64,000 nucleotides of DNA from Microthyrium microscopicum (Eukaryota). The notes under the pieces were generated by a model. The model worked only from the letters and a program-made list of their open reading frames with translations. It did no database searches and was not told the DNA's origin. This document shows positions 54,512-64,000 of this stretch, one piece after another (within the stretch, counting starts at the first letter, position 1; the number at the start of each line of letters is the position of its first letter). Made by a program: the position numbers and the translations under genes. The stretch covers positions 2,143,697 to 2,207,696 of the forward strand of contig MU004234.1 of assembly GCA_010405405.1 (NCBI GenBank), written 5' to 3'.

Positions 54512-55174
54512 TGTACAACTAACTGTACGAGCGAGCCCCAATGATAGAGCCTGTCTGCGATCAGAGAAATCGATAATAGTGTCGTTCCGCTTCGAATCAG
54601 AAATCATAAAAACATCGCTCCAGCTTTATAGATTATGTTCACTTTTCTTGCTTAGAGATAATATGCCCCACCGATTCACAAGTGTGGTGGCGCATCTCCA
54701 CTTCACGCTACTTTAACACTGTAAGGAAAGCATGGGAGTTGTTTAAACTTCAGACTTTATCTTACAATGGTTCGGATAGCCAAGCAGACCCTAAGCCCTC
54801 GGCCCGCTGAGCCAGCATAAACCCTGAAGTAAGGCCATTTGACGAACCGAATGAAGTGTTTCAATCTTGAAGGGACCACAATCCGGGGAGCGGTTTCTCG
54901 GTTGGCTTCCATACATTGTCCAGGGACAAACACGCGGGACGGAGTATATTGAGATGAAGGTCCCCCGGTACGAGCTGAAAAGATCAAGATGTGTGAGTAA
55001 GATCTCCAATCATGTTATCTTGGGATGTACTTACAGTAGATTCATTCGCTATAATAACAGCATCAACTAATATCCAATCATAACAATGAGTATTCGTAGC
55101 ACAGCGAAACACTAGTAGCCATGCAAAGCAGATTGCTATACTCATCACCAACCATCTCAAGCGGCGATATCCCA

Positions 55175-55760
55175 TCACCATTTGCTCTTGTCGTTCATTT
55201 CTTCCGCCTCGCGTCCCACCCGAGCCATCCATCGATCCACCAACTCTTTATTCTCCTTTGTCAACTGCTCTGCCTTCTGCTCGCTCATATGTAGCTGCAG
55301 ATTCAGACTCGCCATCTCATCCTGCACATGCTCCACAAGCTTGCGGTTCTCCTTGATCTCCTCGTTCCGGTCCTTGACACGTACCTGCAGAGTGGAGATT
55401 TCCTTGTCGCGTCGCTCGAGGATTTGCGCTTGTTTGGTGTGCTCGGCTTTAATGAGGTTGAGGGAAGCGACTTCTGCTTCGAGGGCGGCACGAGCTTGCT
55501 GGGCGGCTTGTAGTGAGGTACGCAAAGCAGCTGTGTCGGCGGGCTGTTTTGCAGTGCTAGCTGTTTGAGTTGTCGATGATGTAGGTGAGTTGCTGGAAGC
55601 TGTGGCAAGGCGATCGGCAATTTTGGTGTCTATTACGTTGTTAGAGAAGTATATGGGAGGATAAGAATTAGTTACATTGATCTATTATGGTGAATTGCCC
55701 TTGTTCTCGTTGGTCTCTCTGTTCGAGATTTGTTATGTATTCTCGAATGCCTGCTTCCAT
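55175..55760 (-). CDS. ATG16: Autophagy protein Atg16; intron 55675-55630
   Basis: N-terminal [13 protein letters not shown] helix, coiled coil, and the [11 protein letters not shown]...[10 protein letters not shown]...EAEEMN signature. Confidence 0.9.
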
Positions 55761-56850
55761 TTTGGCGATGAGATCAAATCAATTACGTATGACGGGCGTG
55801 GAAAAAAGTAGATGATCTATATGAAAGCGGTCTCAAAAAGTAAAGTTGCGAGGTTTCAAGTTCTGGAACGGCTCGGAAGCTTGCCGTCAGGTGCAAACGA
55901 CAAGTCGTGCGCAGTTGCACCCAAGGCTGAGTTGTGAGACCTGCTAGATAATGACAGGTGGTGCAAACGGGTCCTACGACCGAAGAGTAAACAACGTGAT
56001 ACAAGTCAGAATTGGTGGTTAAATGTGGAGATGGAAGGAGCTCGAGGCCTTCATCAGGTTGATGCAAACGTCTGTGCACCGGTTGCACTAGCCTATTTGA
56101 GGATGTGGTGATAATTTCTGTTGGTGTAACATTGCAATTATGTGACATGGTGGCAGCATTTGCGATTTAGACCTTGAAAAGCTAGCTGATTGGGACTTAT
56201 AGATCTCTTTTGGATTATGGTCGAGTTTCGAGTCTATAGGAAGCTTTGTTAAGTCATGAATGCTCAGTGATTTTAGGCGTACAGCATTATATAGAACATC
56301 CCTTGCCTGAAGTCATGAAAGAATAGAGGCACGCGCTTCGCGAAGACGCGACTAAGACCCAGTCAGCTACAAGATATAGTCTTGGGACCTCGGAGAGCTT
56401 CTTGGATTTGTCCCATGTTACTAGCAACCTTACCTCTCGAGTTCATTGTGAATCAGGCGCATCGGATCAAGCGGATATCGCTCATACACAAATGCACGAC
56501 AGCTTCATGATTTTCTTTAGTAAGAGCTACGTGAATACTTGGACCACTGTAAGACATATACGAAATCTTGAAGTTTGCATCATGATACTTATATGTGGTT
56601 GGCAGACCAGCAGGGTTGTACTCAAGTTCTGACCATATCTTTTGGCAACAACCACATGAATCGGGCAGTCGCGACGTTGATATGACCGCATAGACACCAG
56701 TTGGACTGCGGAACACGATTAAAGTTCTCAAGATCTTTTTCTCGCTCTATCTTTGATTTAGAACCAGTCGTCAACAAAGTCACTCATTACCATTTTCACA
56801 CTTTCGACCCTTTCCAAAATCTTCGAGCCAGGAACCACCGTGCCCTCATC

Positions 56851-59477
56851 ATGAAGACTCTAACACTTGAGAAAGTCGTGATCTTCTCGGCATTAGTAAG
56901 GACCAAAGAAGTGCAGTAGTTCCCAAACTAACAGCGGCCAAGATCCACCCGTCTTTCGCCCTCCCCAACTTCATCAAAGGATTACTCTACCTTCAAGACC
57001 CAGCAACAATAACCTCGTCAATTCCAGGAATCCAAACAGCTTCGACTGACATTCAGCCGTCCCCAGTTGGCGTAAGTACTCTCCATCACTTCCCACTCCA
57101 TCCGCTTAGCCTCTCCAGATCAACACTGCGCTCAACACGACCGGTCATATCACGCTCGCTCCTGTTACCACAACAGCCATCAATACCCTCCAATCTGTTC
57201 TTCCTACTGCACTCACTACACCACTAATTCCCTCCTTCCCATCTCCACTCGCCCGTCTTTCTCCAAATATTCTTGTGCCGATTGCCACAACCGCGCCACC
57301 TCCACAATTCCAGAATGCGCCAAAACACCCTGTCCCTCGCTCGAACATCCAGGGGTCGGGTCCACTGCAGACAAACAAGTTCTACGGCAACTTCTATCTT
57401 GGAAGTCAATCAAATAGTCTCTGGACGCATCCTTACAGCTTGGCTAAGACATGTACCACGAGTTCCTGTGGCATTGCCGTCTCGCACATTGAGCGCTCGC
57501 AGACGGCATTCGCTGCAGGTAATCCGGCGCCATACTTTGTCAATCCGATAGGTATACACTCTATCGTGTTCGGTGCCGCGGAACTTGGTGCTGGTACAAG
57601 TATGACACTGAGCGAACTCGATGAGTTTAGTGCAAACGTGCATCTGGCACCGACAGTTGGCGCAGCCCAAGTGCTGACCATGCCGGTTGTGCAAGGCATG
57701 GGCTTTGTCACAGGCGTGTATAGCTCTGCTCAGCCAGTGCTGATGAGCGGTGTATTTTTTTCGAACTTGACGCTCGTGTCCACTGATGGTGGAGGAGCAG
57801 ACCGTGTTGTCAAATGGCGTATCGGCCTGCTTGATGGAACCAGCTGGCTGTTATATGTGCGAACTGATAATCCGACGAACGCGCCCTTTTTGCTGCAGGA
57901 CAGTAAGACAATAATTGGGCCACTCGGGTTCAGTGGCACAGTACAGGTTGCAAAGTGTGCTAGTACGGGCATGGAACAATTTTACGACTCGGCAGCAGGA
58001 GCGTACGCCACAGGTGGTAGTGTGAGTGCGAGCGCAGACGGAGATGTAGGCACGTATACAATCTCATGGACCAAGGGTGGACCGGCCAGTAGGAGATTGT
58101 TGATGTTTGCACTGCCACATCATGTCGAATCGTTCGATGCGGCGACGCGGGCGGCGTTGACAGGTTTACAAATGCAAACGACCACAAAAGGCATGGCAAC
58201 AGCGGTATTAGCAGAGACCATTACGATGGTGGAGGATCATATGCCAGTGGATGTGCTGTATGATGCGGCGCCGGCCAATGGGGCATTGAAGGTGGCGTCG
58301 GCGGCGGCACAGACTGCGATTGTGCGTGCTGCCAGTATCGAATTGGCGGAGGACATCTTTGAGCAGACTAATATGAATAGTACATACTGGAATGGCAAGG
58401 TGAGCAGGACTAATAGATGCTTGAAAGATGACTTACGACTTTCTAGGCACTAGCGAAGTTTGCCATGATCATATACGCTACATACGCCAAAGGAGGCGAT
58501 CACGATCTGGCAGCGGCCGGTCTGAAGAATCTGACGACAGCATTCGCATACTTTGTGGATAACACGAGACAGTATCCATTGTTGTATGACAACGATTGGA
58601 AAGGAATCATATCATCCGCGGTTTTTGCAACAGGTGATACTGGAGCTGATTATGGAAATTCTCTCTACAACGACCATCACTTTCACTATGGCTATTTCGT
58701 CTATGCGGCGTCAGTATTGGCATACTTCGATCCATTGTGGCTTACAAAAGGAACCAACAAAGTATGGGTCGACACGTTGGTACGGGATTACGCCAATCCT
58801 GTCACAACTGACCCATACTTTCCATTCTCGCGTATGTTCGACTGGTACCATGGACATTCATGGGCTCAAGGACTGTACGAATCGGCAGATGGGAAGAACG
58901 AAGAGTCCACTTCCGAAGATGTTTTCAGCCTATACGCCATGAAACTGTGGGGCAAGACCACAGGAGATGAAAACATGGAAGCAAGAGGCAACCTCCAACT
59001 AGCCGTCCTTCGGAGAAGTCTGCAGAATTATTTTCTCATGGAGAGCAGTAACAAGAACCAGCCACCCCAGTTCATCGGCAACAAAGCTTGTGGGATTGTA
59101 AGTCCTCAATCCTGGAGACTGGGCATATCAGCTAACAACTTCTTCAGATGTTTGAGAACAAGATTGACCATACCACGTATTTTGGAGCAAAGCCGGAGTA
59201 TGTGGAAGGTATTCATATGTTGCCACTCAGTCCAGCCTCGCCGTATACTCGAAGTCAAGCTTTCGTCAGTGAAGAGTGGCAGACATATTTCTCAGATGGA
59301 AGAGCGCAGAACACGGATGTTGCATGGAGAAGTATTCTGTACGCAAATTTGGCCATCGCGGATCCCAGGGCCAGTTGGTTGTACTTCACCAGTCCGTCAT
59401 TCGATATGGCATCCCTTGATTCTGGAGCAAGCTTGACGTGGTATTTGGCTTTTGTAGCAGGATTAGGAGGAAGCTAG
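56851..59477 (+). CDS. GH81 endo-1,3-beta-glucanase with Thr/Pro-rich N-terminal region; 4 introns
   Basis: QTNKFY, WTHPYS, LMFALPHH, GK|ALAKFA, YNDHHFHYGY, FDWYHGHSWAQG, DGKNEESTSED, FENKIDHTTYFG and GASLTWYL. Confidence 0.93.
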
Positions 59478-61721
59478 TGCTTCACGCAAAATTGGGAGGG
59501 TCAAAAGTCCGAGGAAGATAGTGATAAAAGGAGCTGATACTGGTCGAGTGGTGATGTACTGGAGCTCGAAAGGCTCCATGATCTTGTCATTATACATCTG
59601 AATCTGTTGTTCAATCGCTGCAATTCGCATTTCAATAATAACTAGACTCACAAATCCCATGAATTGTAGATTTGTACGGAGCCAGTTCGCCTCATACAAC
59701 TCTCCGCTGCTGTCATTTAGGATCGATCCTCTATAGCAAACAGTTCGCATCAGCCAGCCCATGGTCCTTGGAATAGTCCAGACAATGCAAAGCGCCAGCC
59801 ATCGCATTAGCAATAGCAAACAGTATGATTTGAACAATACTGCCTCTTATATACCTAGACATCTGAGAAGTCAAGCAGATATGATTCGACTGATTGCGAC
59901 TCCGCGAAGGCGCTGGAGTCGACTCGAAAATCAAGGATGGCGTAAGATCATGCTTGATTTGGTGGTAAATGGAAATACCTGGAACTCATCCCGGGACAAA
60001 GGATAATCCATGGCATCGGGTCACGTTCTGTCGGTGTGGAGAAAAGGAGGTTGAATCAAGATCTTGGATTTCCTGGGGAAGAGCTTTGAAGACTAGCCTG
60101 CATTGGGAAGGCGGTATCGCTAGCGGCGGGATGAGGTAATGGTAATAGAAAACTGATCGGTTGCATGTGCTATTTGCAACTTCCTGTCCTCTTTTCCTTT
60201 CCTTTGCTACCTTCATAATTTCTTGCTGCTCGGTTCTGAATCGCTGATTTTGGCTTGAGTAACCTTTTTCGATATCTCGCATGGATAATTGAGTTGTATC
60301 AGTTATTTGCCCCTATGATCACAAATCTACGACATCGCGCCCTTAACCAGGAGTCAGCCATCTTGAATGTGCAACAGCCCTTATTGCTTGCGCTGTAAAA
60401 ATGCGGCTACAGGACATTATGTACCTCTTCTGTAGTAGGACAGCGAGCAACTAGGCCGAGCTGTCAGTCTTGATGAGGGGATGATGATTAGGTACACAGC
60501 TACTACTAATGGGTTCTCACTAACCTATTCGGAAGCGCGTTACAGTTGTCCAACCCAACTTCCGACCCTCAATTCTATAGCCTACTCCCAACACTGCGCC
60601 TTAAATTGTAACTCTTCGCCAATTCCTGTTGCGAGGGGATTTTTGTTACTTCCTTGAATGGGAATTGATCAAGAGCTCACCCCGCATTTGATGGCTTACA
60701 AGTGCTTGCTGAGCGTACCACAGTCTGCCAGCAGTTCTTGTAGCAGTTTGAATGGCCAATTGCTGCAGGTCAACATGCTCATACACTCCGTTGTTGTCAG
60801 CCTGGTCAAGGTTATTTTCGAGAAGCCATAGGATTTATGGTTTGGCACAAGGATTTGTTGTAAAATTCAGTCCTGCGCATGCTTGCTCCCCATCTTAACT
60901 GGCCAGTTTCATCTTCTGCATTTCCGCCCTGCGGCCAAGTATCCGTAGCAGCCAAAGACCCCAGCATCCTTCATTTATATTCTACCATTTTAACTCCAGC
61001 TTTTTCAACCCTGCTCTTCATTTCATTTCAAACTTGTGTACACACCAAGACACTTGGCCTTCTGTTGGTTGGCCTACCAGCATCAAACCACGATGTTCAA
61101 AGGTGCCTTTGCCGTCTGAACAACTTTCAATATCGACTTTGGTGCTACCACTTATCCGTCTTTACTTTCTTCCCTTGCTAGGCCACGGCAATTACTCCAG
61201 CCTTAAAGTTCACGTTGAATCATTTACCGGGATGTTTTCACTATATTAAGTTTTAGCAACCCTCTTCCCAGTAGCAACGATTCCCATGCCCTTGCCCCAT
61301 CCGGCCGTTTGACGCTGTCTGTGCCTCCCAGATCCTTCTCTCCAGTTATCCAATTATCAATAACTATAGTCGACCTTGCCGTTCCTGTATACATTATTCA
61401 CAATAGATCATTCCCACTTGCAGGGTCTGGGAGAGTCAAACCTTCCACTTGTTCGGCCATCTCGTGCTCACTTTCCGCTCATCACCCAAACCCAAACTAC
61501 TGAACTCTCACCGGTAACAATGGCATCATAGACCGTCTCTCAACCACTAAATCAACCCATTATACCCCTCAACAAAACAATCCACACTCTTTTTTTGCCT
61601 TTACGTTGCCTTACAACATAATCTAATTTCTCGACTTTCCTCAACGTTGGTGGTGCTGGATTCGGCGCTGTACAACCTCATGGTCCTACAATAGAGGCTC
61701 AACATCACACACCTGGCCGGC

Positions 61722-63501
61722 ATGGCGGCGCCGTGCAGCTCAACGACATTTCGCACCTTACTCCTCTCGATTCTCTTCTTCTCTCACCATGTATGGATAT
61801 CGAAAGCGCAAATATCTCTGGACATTAGCAGTACTTGTAAGCAATTATCTAATGACGTCGCTAAAATTCTTGCAAGCCTAGAGTATTAACAACTTCTAGC
61901 AAGCATAACGGACGCCACAAAGTCTCTGGCGGCATCATGTATGGCCTTTTATGACGGAAACAAACCTGGCGGAATTCCTGGATTGCTACCACCATCTGCT
62001 ATTGGCAGCTATAACTGGTGGGAATCCGGCGCATTATGGGGCCAGGTAAGAATCAACATCACTTATTCAAATAAACTAGCTAACACGAAACCAGATGATC
62101 GAATACTGGTATAGTCTTTTGGACACCTGCCATTTTCAAGTGCTAACAGCTATAGGTATTATACCGGTGACGATCAATACAATCAGATGATTGCCGATGG
62201 AATCCAATTTCAAGTGGGACCAGCCAACAACTTCGAGCCAATTAATCAAACAAGAACAGAAGTATGTTCTCTACCGATAGCTAAGAACCACACTCACAGT
62301 TATCCTAGGGCAATGATGATCAAGCGTTTTGGGCATTCGCCGCCATGACAGCAGCAGAAACCAAATTTCCTCCTCCTAAATCCGGCCAGCCATCGTGGCT
62401 TGCTCTTGCACAGGCAGTATTTAACCGACAGGCGGCTCGCTGGGATATGGATCATTGTAATGGTGGTTTGCGCTGGCAGTTCAGTTCATTCAACAACGGA
62501 TACATGGACAAGAATACAATTTCCAATGGCTGCTTCTTCCAACTGGCGGCGCGACTTGCGCGGTACACGAAGAATGAGACCTATTCGCAATGGGCTGATA
62601 AAGCCTACGACTGGCTGGCACAATCTCCTCTAATCAGCCACCAGTTCGAGGTGTTCGATAGTATTTCATTCACAGATCAAGCATGCGATGGACCAGTCGG
62701 TCCAATTCAATGGACATACAACATTGGCACCCTGATAGCAGGCGCTGCATATGTAAGCACTTGCCCTTTCAGTATATTTGTTAAGACTTAGCTAACCATC
62801 TCTTAGATGTTCAACCACGTAAGCTCCTCTTCTTCTTCTATTCGTGTTTCGCGCTAACCAGTTCATAGACAAATGGTGAACAAAAATGGAAAAATCGCCT
62901 CAACGGCCTGCTAGGCAACACACAAAAAGTCTTCTTCCCCGAAAACTACGGCGGCAAAACAATGGTCGAATATGCGTGCGAACCCCTCAAAAACTGCAAC
63001 AAAGATCAACGTTCCTTCAAAGCCTATCTCGCGCGCTGGCTAGCCGTCTCCGCTCAACTCGCGCCCTTCTCACAAGGCACCATCATCCCATGGATACAAA
63101 CATCCGCCCAAAACGCCGCCAAAGCGTGCTCCAACACCGACAAAGGTCTCGCGTGCGGACGAGTTTGGTATGAGAACAAAGACGATGGCGAGAGAGACGT
63201 GGGCAACCAGATGACAGCCATGAGCGTCGTACAGAGTAATCTGATTCTGGGAGCAAAGACGTTGGCAGACATTGGAAGTGGTGACAGCAAGAGCGATCCG
63301 AGCGCCGGAGGCGGTGGATCGAGTAGTGTACCTGATCGGATATACACGCGTAAAATCACAACGGGCGATAAAGCGGGTGCGTGGCTACTCACTGCTGTCG
63401 CCCTGCTTGGTTCTCTGGCGGGCATGGTGGCGTTGCTTGTCGAAGGCGATGATGTGCGTGAGTATACGGGTTTTCTGGGTAGTAATCGGTTTTCGCGGTA
63501 G
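61722..63501 (+). CDS. GH76 Dfg5/Dcw1-type cell-wall mannosidase/transglycosidase; 6 introns including 14- and 12-nt exons
   Basis: Signal peptide, YNWWESG, EGNDDQAFW (catalytic DD), CNGGLRWQ, KNTISNGCFFQLAARLARYT, QWTYN, DQRSFKAYLARW and ITTGDKAGA. Confidence 0.93.
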
Positions 63502-64000
63502 AAAACGGGCATCATCGCGGCAAACGCGGGCATCATTGGTGTGACTTTCATAGGTGCTTTTCGAGGTTCATGGGCATGAGGAGGCGATATCTGGCATTGA
63601 TGGATTCCGGATAGGAAACATCGTATGGGCTGGCGTTTGGAGGGTTTGATGCATTTGTTAGGCGCGTTGAACTTGGTTCTTGTATGATGAGTTGGTCTCC
63701 TTGGTTTGGGGGCTGAAGAGAATCATTGGATGGATATTTTAGCTAAGTATAGCTTATCATGCTGCACTCGATAGAGAGGTGGCTAATATATGTCTACTCA
63801 GGCAAATGAGCGTGTAGGAAAATGTGAGCCTCGCGACAGGCAGCCAGGGAGGACAGTGATGTTCCTAACACCTAGCGAGCAATCTGTCCAACTTTTGCCC
63901 GCGCGCCAGTCAAATACCTAGGCTCGCTCACGGTTGCTGGTAAATATCTTGATATCCGCCTAGGCAGTCAATGCCCTTAAGGTGCACATGGTAATAAGGC

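Noticed and set aside
59463..60282. Minus-strand ORFs including a weak F-box-like LPQEI motif
   Set aside because: Fragmented, no coherent splice model and insufficient evidence for a gene.

Overview
Eukaryotic (filamentous ascomycete) DNA with spliceosomal introns, spanning the border between an AT-rich RIP-mutated block and gene-rich sequence. Positions 1-18.8 kb are heavily RIP-degraded (TpA-rich, two assembly gaps) and hold tandem repeats, fossil reading frames and two related hairpins. Two RIP-damaged DNA transposons follow: a hAT and a Fot1/pogo with clear TIRs and a TA target duplication. The gene-rich part encodes, in order, a HET-domain protein, a secreted class II-type heme peroxidase, a stripped-down reducing PKS (KS-AT-DH0-KR-ACP), glutathione-dependent formaldehyde dehydrogenase, a YqjM-type old yellow enzyme, a tandem triplet of large 2OG-Fe(II) oxygenase-like genes, a laccase, Atg16, a GH81 glucanase and a GH76 protein. 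The best candidates for undescribed biology are (i) the 2OG-Fe(II) oxygenase triplet, with one intact copy and two copies that have lost metal ligands and are decaying, (ii) the orphan domain-eroded PKS and (iii) the twin hairpins within what may be a RIP-erased multi-gene element. Gene models were spliced by eye and no database searches were run.
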